Shown piece by piece: positions 1 to 9,020 of a stretch of DNA of 20,000 nt (position 1 is its first letter; each line of letters begins with the position of its first letter). The translations under genes and the position numbers were made by a program. Source of the DNA: an uncultured virus (IMG/VR IMGVR_UViG_2740892240_000002) (lineage: Duplodnaviria; Heunggongvirae; Uroviricota; Caudoviricetes). The notes under the pieces are model-generated. The model was not told the origin of the DNA. It was given only the letters and a program-made list of their open reading frames with translations, and did not search any database. The stretch is taken from positions 47,770 to 67,769 of IMG/VR virus record IMGVR_UViG_2740892240_000002; one strand, written 5' to 3'.

Positions 1-1975
1 AATCATGACCTTTATTAAACCCTTTATTAAATGACTCTCCAATATTTTCATATTTTTTAAACTTTGTTTCTTTAACTCCACGCTTGGATTTAACATCTGA
101 TTTAGCAGATTCTATCGCTGATTTAATATTATCTAAATTCCCAACTATATTTACTTCAACACCAGGAATCATATTTACTAAGTCTTGTAATGATTGAGCT
201 ACCCATCTAACTTTATCTACTATATAAGTAGCCATATCTAAAAATAGCATTTGTATAGCACCGATAGGATCAATAAATAAATTATTTAAAAAATTAGCAA
301 ACATAGCAAATTTATTATATAGAGGAATAATAACGGCATTTTCAATTATAGCTACTAAAGCATAGAATAAACCTACAATAAACCCTACTACATCCGCCGC
401 AGTAACTCCTAATTGAATTAAAATAAATATAACTATTCCTATAGCTACAGCTACTAACAACATAATCCAATTTGCTGCAAGCCATTCAAGTGCATATAAA
501 GCTAAAATTTGAATAGTTTCCCATAAACTCATCATTAACCCAACTAATGAAATAATCATTCCCGGTATAGCTTGTATAGCAGCAATTAACATTGGTATAA
601 GAAAATATGCAATAATTGCTGCACCTATAGAAATTATTACTGGCATTAAATATATTAATACATCAATTAATCCACTGATCCAGGAAATTACTGTACTTAT
701 AACTGATGCTATATTTATACCTAAAAGATTAAACACAAAAATTATTAATGTAATTACTCCTACTATGACTAATAATTGAACATTGGCCATAGCCCAAGCT
801 ATTGCTGATGATATTGCTGCTAATACAGATTGAACTTTTAAGATTAGCATTAGCATTGATAAAGCAATTAATATAGGTTCAATAAAAATAAAATTTTCTT
901 TTAACCATGATGCAGCATTTGCAATACCTTCTAATGCCATTACTCCCATATTTGCAAGTACCACAAAGCCATCTGATATATCATTTAAAAAAGTTGTTGC
1001 ATTTGAACTGTTAAGCCATTGGCTAAACCTTGCAGCTACTGGCTCCATTGCATTCATAAAGTTATTCTTTAATATTGTCATTTTCTGCGCAAATGTCATT
1101 GGCATTGAATCAAACTGTTTATTTACATCCTTTGTCGCATCATTCATTGCTTTTTTAATTATATCAGCAGTTATACCTCCTTCTGATGATATATCTTTAA
1201 GTTCTTCCTTTGATTTGCCCATGGATTTAGCAATAGCATTAGCCAATATTGGTGCTTTTTGTAAAATGGAACTAAAATCATCACCTTTTAATTTACCATC
1301 TTCCATGGCTTTAGTTACTTGTTCCATAGCAGAACTAGCATCTTTACCACTAGTACCTGAAATAGCAAACATTTTATTTAATGTTTCAACAAAAGATATA
1401 GCCTGATCATTATTTTTAAACTGATTGCCTGCAGTCATACTAAGCTTTGTTACTGCTTCTGTAGTATCTTTATAACTTGCCCCTGCTCTATTAGCACTTG
1501 CTAATATTTTATCTTGTAAAGCATTTGTTGTTTGCATTCCATCATTTATAACCTTAACCCTAGATTGCATCAAAGAGAGCTCATCTAAATATTCAGCTCC
1601 TTTAGTAACAAGTTCTATTCCCTTTTGAGCTGACCCAACTATTGAAGATGGGTTTAAAAAACCTGGTTCTTTAATATCTTTTGATTTTTTATCAGATTCC
1701 CCTTCATTTGAACCTTCTGATTTATTAGTAGGATTCCTTAAGTTCAAACTTGCCTGATTTGCTTTTTCTATATCACTTTTATATTTATTTAAAGCCTTAT
1801 CTGCTTGTTTTATTGCATTTTCTGCTTTTTTAAATTCTTTTTCTGAGATACCTTGCCCAACAGAACTATTTACTTTTCGCAAGACTTTTAAGGTATTTTC
1901 CATAGCACTATTTATTTTGTTGAAAACAGGTGTCATCTTATCTTGCATAATAATTGCATTACTTATTGTAGCCAT
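1..1975 (-). CDS. Tape measure protein (5' part, at least 658 aa; runs off window)
   Basis: Not in ORF track; translated by hand: ATG at 1975 after AGGAGG (1985-1990), MATISNAIIMQDKMTPVF..., tape-measure-like segment KAMEDGKLKGDDFSSILQKAPILANAIAKSMG, long hydrophobic helical region, still in frame at base 2; follows tail chaperone. Confidence 0.93.
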   Translation of the reverse strand, partial: MATISNAIIMQDKMTPVFNKINSAMENTLKVLRKVNSSVGQGISEKEFKKAENAIKQADKALNKYKSDIEKANQASLNLRNPTNKSEGSNEGESDKKSKDIKEPGFLNPSSIVGSAQKGIELVTKGAEYLDELSLMQSRVKVINDGMQTTNALQDKILASANRAGASYKDTTEAVTKLSMTAGNQFKNNDQAISFVETLNKMFAISGTSGKDASSAMEQVTKAMEDGKLKGDDFSSILQKAPILANAIAKSMGKSKEELKDISSEGGITADIIKKAMNDATKDVNKQFDSMPMTFAQKMTILKNNFMNAMEPVAARFSQWLNSSNATTFLNDISDGFVVLANMGVMALEGIANAASWLKENFIFIEPILIALSMLMLILKVQSVLAAISSAIAWAMANVQLLVIVGVITLIIFVFNLLGINIASVISTVISWISGLIDVLIYLMPVIISIGAAIIAYFLIPMLIAAIQAIPGMIISLVGLMMSLWETIQILALYALEWLAANWIMLLVAVAIGIVIFILIQLGVTAADVVGFIVGLFYALVAIIENAVIIPLYNKFAMFANFLNNLFIDPIGAIQMLFLDMATYIVDKVRWVAQSLQDLVNMIPGVEVNIVGNLDNIKSAIESAKSDVKSKRGVKETKFKKYENIGESFNKGFNKGHD

Positions 1976-1981
1976 AGACTT

Positions 1982-2161
1982 TTACCTCCTTTTTTTAAGT
2001 CTTGCTTGTTCCTTTTTCTCTTCTCTTATTCTTTCATCAATCATTTCAATTACTAATGCTTTTTCACTTAATGAGAGATTTGCAAATTGACCTGGTGGCC
2101 AACGAAACTTATGTAGACAATAATATGCATACATAGTTTCTCCATCTCCCTCTTTTATTAG
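1982..2161 (-). CDS. Tail assembly chaperone C-terminal extension (gpGT-like, -1 frame; could alternatively start at ATG 2134)
   Basis: -1 frame after slippery A AAA AAC reads LIKEGDGETMYAYYCLHKFRWPPGQFANLSLSEKALVIEMIDERIREEKKEQARLKKRR then TAA (1982-1984), filling the gap to the tape measure gene. Confidence 0.8.
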   Translation of the reverse strand, partial: LIKEGDGETMYAYYCLHKFRWPPGQFANLSLSEKALVIEMIDERIREEKKEQARLKKRR

Positions 2162-2565
2162 TTTTTTGCTTCTTCTCTAAGCCCCTCCAAATCTTTATCA
2201 AAACCAGATAATGAACTTATTTCTTCAACTAGAGTTGCAACTTCTCCTGCTAATAAAACTTTATTTAATAATTGTTGTGGAGTCATACATCCAGCTTTTT
2301 TTATTGACTCTGAATTTCTAAAATTAGGTTCTACAGTATAATTTATAACAAGTTGTTCATTAAACATCTTACTATCAAAATTGACTTTTCCTTTCTTTCC
2401 AACCTTAGTACATTGCTTTTGTAAATCTGAAAACTCATCTGGTGAAACTGCTTTTATTTTAAATTTCATTATTTTATCACCATCTGTAAATCTATCTGAC
2501 ACTATAACTTCCTCTGTTAAATTATCTATTGGGTTACTTACTAAAAAATCCATTAATTTTGACAT
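2158..2565 (-). CDS. xkdN: Tail assembly chaperone, XkdN-like
   Basis: 135 aa between tube and tape measure genes; C-terminus LLAGEV...SGFD...REEAKN resembles XkdN-like chaperones; ends on slippery heptamer. Confidence 0.85.
   Translation of the reverse strand: MSKLMDFLVSNPIDNLTEEVIVSDRFTDGDKIMKFKIKAVSPDEFSDLQKQCTKVGKKGKVNFDSKMFNEQLVINYTVEPNFRNSESIKKAGCMTPQQLLNKVLLAGEVATLVEEISSLSGFDKDLEGLREEAKN
2161..2167 (-). promoter_or_regulatory. Programmed -1 ribosomal frameshift site (A AAA AAC)
   Basis: X XXY YYZ heptamer in the last codons of the chaperone (GCA AAA AAC TAA); the -1 frame stays open for 59 further codons. Confidence 0.8.
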
Positions 2566-2602
2566 ATATATTCCTTCTTCCTTTATAATAAATTTTGTAA
2601 TG

Positions 2603-2632
2603 AAAAAGCTAACTTATAAGTTAGCCTTTTTT
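2603..2632 (-). terminator. Intrinsic terminator after tail tube gene (possibly bidirectional)
   Basis: Perfect 18-bp palindrome GCTAACTTATAAGTTAGC (2608-2625) flanked by A5 and T6 tracts. Confidence 0.75.
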
Positions 2633-2642
2633 ATTTCCTATA

Positions 2643-3110
2643 CTATTTTAAATATGCTAATTCTTTAAATTCCTCTAACATTTCTGCATCATCAAATGTG
2701 AAATCCATATCTTCTTCTAATGAATCATCATCTATATCTAATTTAGCTAATATAGTTGAATCTATATTACAGTTATAAAGTGCAGTTGTCTGTTTTCCAG
2801 CATCACTAGTTGGGTCATTGTTAGTAATTACCATATCGAAGTAGATATCTTTACCTGTTTTTATATATTCAATCGCTAGCTTTCTAAATAATGAACTTAC
2901 ATAATGTACTGTCATTGATCCAGACCCACTCCATCCAGTTGTTTTATGTTGAGTTGCTCTTGCTCCAATCACCTGTATTTCTGATTTATTTTTTTCCATA
3001 GTTGCCTCAAGAGATTTTATGTTAAACAACTTGTGTATCTCACCGTTTATATTTATTTGTGCAAATCCCTCTTTCCCACAAATGGTATCATTAGCTTTTA
3101 AGTATGTCAT
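2643..3110 (-). CDS. xkdM: Tail tube protein, XkdM-like
   Basis: 155 aa directly after sheath; GWSGSGSMT, NDPTSDAGKQ and terminal DFTFDD features resemble XkdM-like tubes. Confidence 0.9.
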   Translation of the reverse strand: MTYLKANDTICGKEGFAQININGEIHKLFNIKSLEATMEKNKSEIQVIGARATQHKTTGWSGSGSMTVHYVSSLFRKLAIEYIKTGKDIYFDMVITNNDPTSDAGKQTTALYNCNIDSTILAKLDIDDDSLEEDMDFTFDDAEMLEEFKELAYLK

Positions 3111-3121
3111 TTAAATTCCTC

Positions 3122-4444
3122 CTATCCTACTGAAACTGTCATATATAGTTTTTCCATTGCATCAATAGGCTTTATACCTATATCCACTAATACAGAATCT
3201 ATTTCATTTCCTACAGAAATTGATATATCTTCGTTTTTAAAATCTTCTATAGCTCCTAATTTATTTAGTTCTTTTAAATATGAAATAATATCTGATTTAA
3301 AGGATGTTCTCCCATCTTCATTGTTATTGATTTTTCCTAAATAAGTTTTTTCAAACATATTTTTTATACTATTATTTATATCATCTAAAGTTCTAATGAC
3401 TCTATTTTTACAAAAGTCTCTAGATTTAGTTGATGAGAAATCAGTAAATGTATTTATATCAGTTTCTACAACAACACTTTCATCTTGTCTAAAAGTAATA
3501 ATAAATTTACCTTTACGTATTCCTTCTTTTATTTCATCATCTGTTTTAGGGTTTATTATCTCAACAGCTCCTGGTATTACTGTATATGTATTAGATTTAT
3601 TTAATGAAGCCCCTGATGTTAACCCTGTAACGTACCCAACAAATCCATTTACTCCTACAGTTGTATCTTTTGTCTTATAACCTTGATCTACCGATATAAC
3701 ACCTTCATAATTTGCTTCTGAAAAATCATTTATTACACACTGTATCTTTTTACCTTTTTCTTCTCTAGACTGCTTAATAAAAGTAGTTATTTTCTCTTTA
3801 ACATCTTCATTAGTTGTGTAAACTCCCATAGTATTAAAATATTTATTATTAATAAGATCTATATATCTAGAATAATTCTCAATACTTTCTGTTCCATTAG
3901 ATCCTGAAGTTAGTTTTATACCCGCATTGGCAACTAACTTTCCACTTCCAGCGAAATCAACCCAACAGTTGCCTAAAAGTTCATCTATATTTGATGCTAA
4001 TTGTACATCAACAACTTTAGTATCTAAAAATGTTTTCACTTCAAATTTATCATTTTCTACATCTTTTATACTAACAGATAATCTATTCCCAACTGTTCCT
4101 GGATATTTAGCAACAATATTTAAAGAATCTATTGTAGCAGTTGCTTTCTGTCCATTACTATCGACTCTAAATACTAAACACTTATAACTGTTTTTTAATG
4201 CCTCTTTGATTGAAACAATCTCATTTTCATACCCATAGTAGCCTAATTTATCTAATATTTTTCCATCTGATAAATCCGAACTATTTATTTCTATCAACTG
4301 ATCATTTGGACCCCATCCCAAAACTATAGGTATAGTTGATATTCCTCTAATTCCAACCTTACCAGAAGGCTTAGAAATACTTTTGAAATTAATGTATGCT
4401 CCTGGTCTTATTTTATTTTGGCTTATAAAAGTTCCTCCTGCCAT
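3122..4444 (-). CDS. xkdK: Contractile tail sheath protein, XkdK-like
   Basis: 440 aa; N-terminal MAGGTF..QNKIRPGAYINF and C-terminal KNRVIRTLD..PIDAMEKLYMTV typical of Firmicutes myovirus sheaths. Confidence 0.93.
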   Translation of the reverse strand: MAGGTFISQNKIRPGAYINFKSISKPSGKVGIRGISTIPIVLGWGPNDQLIEINSSDLSDGKILDKLGYYGYENEIVSIKEALKNSYKCLVFRVDSNGQKATATIDSLNIVAKYPGTVGNRLSVSIKDVENDKFEVKTFLDTKVVDVQLASNIDELLGNCWVDFAGSGKLVANAGIKLTSGSNGTESIENYSRYIDLINNKYFNTMGVYTTNEDVKEKITTFIKQSREEKGKKIQCVINDFSEANYEGVISVDQGYKTKDTTVGVNGFVGYVTGLTSGASLNKSNTYTVIPGAVEIINPKTDDEIKEGIRKGKFIITFRQDESVVVETDINTFTDFSSTKSRDFCKNRVIRTLDDINNSIKNMFEKTYLGKINNNEDGRTSFKSDIISYLKELNKLGAIEDFKNEDISISVGNEIDSVLVDIGIKPIDAMEKLYMTVSVG

Positions 4445-4866
4445 TACTTAACACCTCCATTTATATTCAATCCACCCATTTTACTTTGGGTTTCTTGTTC
4501 TTTTAAAATTCTTATATTATACGATATAAATATTTGCAAAGCATCATCTATTATTTCAGATTTTATGTTTTTGGGAGCCAATTTAAAATTATCTTGATCT
4601 ATGCAAGATAAAATCTCTTGTACTTTAAAGTCTACATCTTCAAATTCTGTACGTCCTTGATCATTAATATATCTAATATTAACTAACAAACTCTGCTTAA
4701 ATATATCTTTATTATATTTTACTTGTTCTGAATTTAGTTTAAATACAAAAAAACAAGGTTTTTTTAGACCTTGTATCTTCTTATCTTTATATATAGAACA
4801 TTCTGGAAAATTTTGTTTTAATGTTTTAGTTATTAAACTTATTATTGTTCCTGAATCTATCTTCAT
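4444..4866 (-). CDS. Putative tail terminator / tail completion protein
   Basis: 140 aa immediately before sheath (1-nt TAATG overlap); IY...IQGLKKPCFFV motif. Confidence 0.7.
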   Translation of the reverse strand: MKIDSGTIISLITKTLKQNFPECSIYKDKKIQGLKKPCFFVFKLNSEQVKYNKDIFKQSLLVNIRYINDQGRTEFEDVDFKVQEILSCIDQDNFKLAPKNIKSEIIDDALQIFISYNIRILKEQETQSKMGGLNINGGVK

Positions 4867-4869
4867 GAT

Positions 4870-5262
4870 TTATTCAACTCCACATCTTTTAATAAACATA
4901 GCAAATTCTTTTTCAAAATTTTTAGGAATATTTCTTGCAACTTCTTCTATAGATATAGTCATCATATAATATCCCTCCACCCAACCATCACCATTTGGTG
5001 TAGAATGTCCCATCTCAACGTAAGATGCATATTCTTTATCATTATATAAATATACTATTAACTCATTTCCTTTTCTTGAAACTTTGGTTATTTCCCAGCT
5101 TTTTCTAAGTAATCCTGTATCTTCAGGAGTCCTTTGTTTCGTTTTTTCTAAAGCTTCAATAGCATTTTGGGTTAAAAAATCAAATAAAAACTTATTAAAT
5201 CCTATAGATATTTTTTTAAATTTATTTATAAATTCTTCAAATTCACTATAATTAAAACTCAT
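4870..5262 (-). CDS. HK97 gp10-family neck/tail component
   Basis: RTPEDTGLLRKSW and YASYVEMGH..GWVEGYYM motifs; position in head-tail joining block. Confidence 0.85.
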   Translation of the reverse strand: MSFNYSEFEEFINKFKKISIGFNKFLFDFLTQNAIEALEKTKQRTPEDTGLLRKSWEITKVSRKGNELIVYLYNDKEYASYVEMGHSTPNGDGWVEGYYMMTISIEEVARNIPKNFEKEFAMFIKRCGVE

Positions 5263-5643
5263 TTATACCTGTTTATTTTCTATTAATACAAACTCTTGAT
5301 CTATGTCGTATTTAATTGGTTTCCCTGCAATAGCTTTTATTATATCTACACATTTTCCATCTATAATTCTCTCCAAAGTTATAAAATCTCCTTTAAATAT
5401 TTCTGTATCTATAGAACAGAATACTTTAAATTTAACAAGTTCTCTATTTTCATATTGTTGTCTTAAATTATGTTCATCTTCTTTTATAGTAGAGATTCTA
5501 CATGGTATATCTTTTAGTTTAGATTTATAATCAAGGACTTCCTTAATACTACCATCTTCCAATTCGACATCAATATATCTACTTATAGTCATCCTGTCTG
5601 TGTACATAATATCTAAATATTTAGATAGTTGACTTAGTCTCAT
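5263..5643 (-). CDS. Putative head closure / head-tail adaptor protein
   Basis: 126 aa; Y.DRMTISR, IPCRIS, IFKGD motifs; lies between connector and gp10-like gene. Confidence 0.7.
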   Translation of the reverse strand: MRLSQLSKYLDIMYTDRMTISRYIDVELEDGSIKEVLDYKSKLKDIPCRISTIKEDEHNLRQQYENRELVKFKVFCSIDTEIFKGDFITLERIIDGKCVDIIKAIAGKPIKYDIDQEFVLIENKQV

Positions 5644-5978
5644 TTTTTTAATCTCCTAAATCTATTTAATTCCTTTTTATATTTTATTAATATCTCATCT
5701 GTACTACGAATTCGTTTTGAATTTACAAAAGATATTTTTGTATCCCCTTGTTGGATGCTTTCAACTACTTCATCATTTTTTATATATTGATTAACTATTA
5801 TATCTACTGAAATATTAGCTAATATAAATTTAAGTTGAGTAGTTACTTCATTTAAATTACAATATGTGTTTATCATATCTATTGATTCTTCAATAGCCAT
5901 ATTTATTATATTATCCTGTATTTCATGTTCTACGTTAATAAGTTTAGCTTTAATTAAATCTTTAATATTCCCAATCAT
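5640..5978 (-). CDS. Head-tail connector protein (SPP1 gp15/HK97 gp6-like)
   Basis: 112 aa after capsid; INTYCN, VESIQQGDTKISF and LNRFRRL motifs. Confidence 0.82.
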   Translation of the reverse strand: MIGNIKDLIKAKLINVEHEIQDNIINMAIEESIDMINTYCNLNEVTTQLKFILANISVDIIVNQYIKNDEVVESIQQGDTKISFVNSKRIRSTDEILIKYKKELNRFRRLKK

Positions 5979-5989
5979 AAACTTATATC

Positions 5990-6931
5990 CTATTTACTAG
6001 CTGGTTTTGCTTCTTTAAAGTTTGCATAAACCGAATTAATTTTATTGTCTAGAACCCATATATCATGATATCTTCTATAATCCATTGCCCAAGCATTAGC
6101 TTCTTGATTAGTTTGAGGATCAAATATTCTCATTATATCTTGTTTAGTTACAGCTATAGGAATATCTCTAGGAACTATTAAAAAGTTACATTCTATACCA
6201 TTTTCTGCTTTCACATATCCACCCTTTTCTTCTCCACTAGTTACACCATCGTATAATTTAATCATAGAGTACATTCTATTTTGTGGAGTTGGTATTAATG
6301 GACATCTGTCTATTGATGGCACTTGAGTATCTATCCCACCTTGACTAAAAGTAACTGAAGATAATTTTCCTAAAGCTGCTATTTCGACCTCAGTTAAAGC
6401 ATCATAAGTTAAATGAATTATTAATTCTCCATTATACCCATTATTTCTTATTGTCTTTATACCGTTTTTTATTTTTTGTATTATATCTTTTGATGTTGGC
6501 GTATATGAATACTCAACATTTTTATCACCATCTACCTTCATAGCTGTAGTTGCCAATGCAGATAATCGGTATGCATCTATCTCTGGAATCACTTGAGTTC
6601 TTTGGAATTCGCCCATTATATTTCCTGCCGTTAATACAAATCCTGTTTCATCAACATCATTAGCATCTATAGAAAATTTTCTTCCTCTATCTTGAGTCAT
6701 CTCTTTTGTTTTATATTCAATATTTATAGTTCCTTTTTTAAATCCTGTCCCACCAGCTCTATCGTAATCTGCTAGCCCATCTACACTTAACTGAGGTACC
6801 TTAACTTCCTTACCTCCACTATATTTTACTTTACCTGAATTGACATCCATCCATCCTGTTAACATTGATTGTATTGCTGCTTTATCTAATTCATTTTGAA
6901 ATATTGTTGCATATTTTATCATATTACCCAT
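5990..6931 (-). CDS. Major capsid protein
   Basis: 313 aa after scaffold; GLADYDR, TQDRGRKFSIDANDVDET, VIPEIDAYR, YRRYHDIWV motifs typical of Firmicutes phage capsids. Confidence 0.9.
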   Translation of the reverse strand: MGNMIKYATIFQNELDKAAIQSMLTGWMDVNSGKVKYSGGKEVKVPQLSVDGLADYDRAGGTGFKKGTINIEYKTKEMTQDRGRKFSIDANDVDETGFVLTAGNIMGEFQRTQVIPEIDAYRLSALATTAMKVDGDKNVEYSYTPTSKDIIQKIKNGIKTIRNNGYNGELIIHLTYDALTEVEIAALGKLSSVTFSQGGIDTQVPSIDRCPLIPTPQNRMYSMIKLYDGVTSGEEKGGYVKAENGIECNFLIVPRDIPIAVTKQDIMRIFDPQTNQEANAWAMDYRRYHDIWVLDNKINSVYANFKEAKPASK

Positions 6932-6960
6932 TTTTATACTTCCTTTCTGTTATAAATTGA

Positions 6961-7527
6961 TTATATATTTCCATTTATTGCATCTGAAATTTGAGATGAT
7001 ATAGAGTTTTCATTTGCAGGAACTCCACTACTCCCTACAATTTTATAATATGGATTTTGTGTATATTGATCATCCTTTGAATCTTTAAATAAATAACATT
7101 TATTTTGCTTTAAATCTTTTATTTGCTCATCTAAACCCTCAAATTGACCATTTCTATATTTTATACCTTCCATACTAAGCAATGACTTAATATCTTTAAT
7201 ATCTTTACAATTAGTACTATTTAAAACTTTCTCTAACTCATAATTAAATTCTTTTTCATTCATTGCTTTTTTATATTTTAGTTCTAGATTATTAAGCTGA
7301 ACTTTATGCTCTTTCTTTAAAGCTTCTATATCATCTTTAGTTGTTTTACATTGCAATGATTTTATGGTTGTATTAGCTTCATCTAGCCTTAAGTTTGCAT
7401 TTTCATAATCTGATTTAGGTACAAAATATTTAGGAATTTCAACATTTACATTTTTGATAATCTCATCAACTTGTAATTTATTATCTTTCACTTCTGCTTT
7501 ACTTAAAATTTCTTTTAACCAATCCAT
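6961..7527 (-). CDS. Capsid scaffolding protein (Phage_GP20-like)
   Basis: MDWLKEIL start, FVPKS, coiled coil, GLDEQIKDLK...YLF near C-terminus; precedes capsid. Confidence 0.85.
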   Translation of the reverse strand: MDWLKEILSKAEVKDNKLQVDEIIKNVNVEIPKYFVPKSDYENANLRLDEANTTIKSLQCKTTKDDIEALKKEHKVQLNNLELKYKKAMNEKEFNYELEKVLNSTNCKDIKDIKSLLSMEGIKYRNGQFEGLDEQIKDLKQNKCYLFKDSKDDQYTQNPYYKIVGSSGVPANENSISSQISDAINGNI

Positions 7528-7544
7528 ATTTAATCCTTTCCTCT

Positions 7545-7600
7545 TATAAACCTTCTATAGTAATCTTTGTTCTTTACCCTCTTCAAATAATAAAAAAGAG
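7545..7600 (-). ncRNA. Candidate structured 5' UTR of scaffold gene (pseudoknot plus hairpin, possibly GP20-type RNA motif)
   Basis: On - strand CTCTT/AAGAG stem with loop TTTG able to pair with CAAA after GGTAAAGAA, then TATAGA/TTTATA hairpin before the RBS. Confidence 0.35.
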
Positions 7601-7639
7601 CAAAATAAAGACATATAATTTATAATTATATGTCTTTAT
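7591..7639 (-). terminator. Terminator-like hairpin at portal 3' end
   Basis: Perfect 16-bp inverted repeat ATAAAGACATATAATT (7605-7620) / AATTATATGTCTTTAT (7624-7639) overlapping the portal stop, followed on - strand by TTTGCTCTTTTTT. Confidence 0.6.
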
Positions 7640-8939
7640 CACTTGCTTTATCGTTGCATAGGGATAATTCTGTTTCTTCTTCCTCCATCAACTTGTAAGC
7701 TTCTTCTGGATTTTCAACCCATGGATGATTTTTAATTATTAGCTTTTTAGGAATTACACCTACACTTATTTGTGCTATTTGTGCATTTTCTAAATCATTA
7801 GATATCATATTTCTTGTATACGTCTGGTGTATCTTTATATCTGAATTAATATTTAAATATCTAAGTATAACCTTTATTAATTTATTAAAACTTTTTTTAA
7901 ATTCAGTCTCAACTAATCCAGCTTTTAGCTCTAGTTTTCTATAAAAAAACTTCAACGCAACACCACTAGCATTTCCAAAACTCTCAGTATCTTGTTGAAG
8001 TCCTTGACCACTCTCATATATTTGTATTTTTAGTATATCTAATAATTTAGTTCTTGCTTCTACAGGTATTTCAATTTGCAATGTTTTAACACTTCCTGAT
8101 CCTCCTGTAGGATCACTATCTGTTTTAACAGCTTTATATCTTTTTAAATCTCCTAAAAATTCCTTTAAATCTTCTCCTCCATAGTTTTCAAGTATGTATA
8201 TAACTTGTTGTATATCTTCTAGATCATTTGCATATCCACTAGAAACTTTGTCATATATATCAATTAGATTTTTATACTTATCTAAATCATTTTGAAATCT
8301 ATTGTTATTTCTAAATTCTATAAAAGGAACTTCTCCAAATTTATGACCTATTGCATCTACTGGTTTATAAAATTTACTTTCAATTGAATTTAACGTTCCT
8401 AAAATATAATACTTTTCCATTTTAGAATCAGTCCAAACTTCAAATATAATTATATTTTTATTATTTTCAATAGTTTCATAATATCTATATACTGTAGATA
8501 TTTTGCTTTTTCTATTATCTGCATACTTAACTATAATATCTTCAGTCGGTACCATATAATATTCAAAGTCTAGATTCTCATTGCAACAGTAATATATAAA
8601 TGCATTTGCAGCATTACTTACCTCTATGCATAAATCTTTACATACACTTTCAAATTCATCACCTAATAACTTGTTAACTTTTTTATTAATTTCCTTACTC
8701 CCTAGATCAAATAATACTGGATATGTAAATAAATATGCTGCCTTTTCATCAACCATAAGTTGGTGAAAATTGTGGCTTATCCTATTATCTGCATTTCTTA
8801 GTGGATCTGTCCTATCATTTTTAGATACTCCTAAATTTAAAATATCATTTTTATTGCAATAATACATTTTTGTTTTTAATATTTTCTCCCTACGAGGTAT
8901 ATCATCTCTTATAATTTTTATAATTTCATCGATTTTCAT
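7626..8939 (-). CDS. Portal protein, SPP1 gp6-like
   Basis: 437 aa after TerL; NADNRISHNFHQLMVDEKAAYLF, HKFGEVPFIEFRNN, GNASGVALKF, HPWVE motifs. Confidence 0.93.
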   Translation of the reverse strand: MKIDEIIKIIRDDIPRREKILKTKMYYCNKNDILNLGVSKNDRTDPLRNADNRISHNFHQLMVDEKAAYLFTYPVLFDLGSKEINKKVNKLLGDEFESVCKDLCIEVSNAANAFIYYCCNENLDFEYYMVPTEDIIVKYADNRKSKISTVYRYYETIENNKNIIIFEVWTDSKMEKYYILGTLNSIESKFYKPVDAIGHKFGEVPFIEFRNNNRFQNDLDKYKNLIDIYDKVSSGYANDLEDIQQVIYILENYGGEDLKEFLGDLKRYKAVKTDSDPTGGSGSVKTLQIEIPVEARTKLLDILKIQIYESGQGLQQDTESFGNASGVALKFFYRKLELKAGLVETEFKKSFNKLIKVILRYLNINSDIKIHQTYTRNMISNDLENAQIAQISVGVIPKKLIIKNHPWVENPEEAYKLMEEEETELSLCNDKASDKDI

Positions 8940-9020
8940 ATTCCACCTCCTATAATTAAAATTTAGTTTTTAAATAAATCTCTAACCATAAATAATTAAT
9001 CATGTATTTTTTTACTTTAA

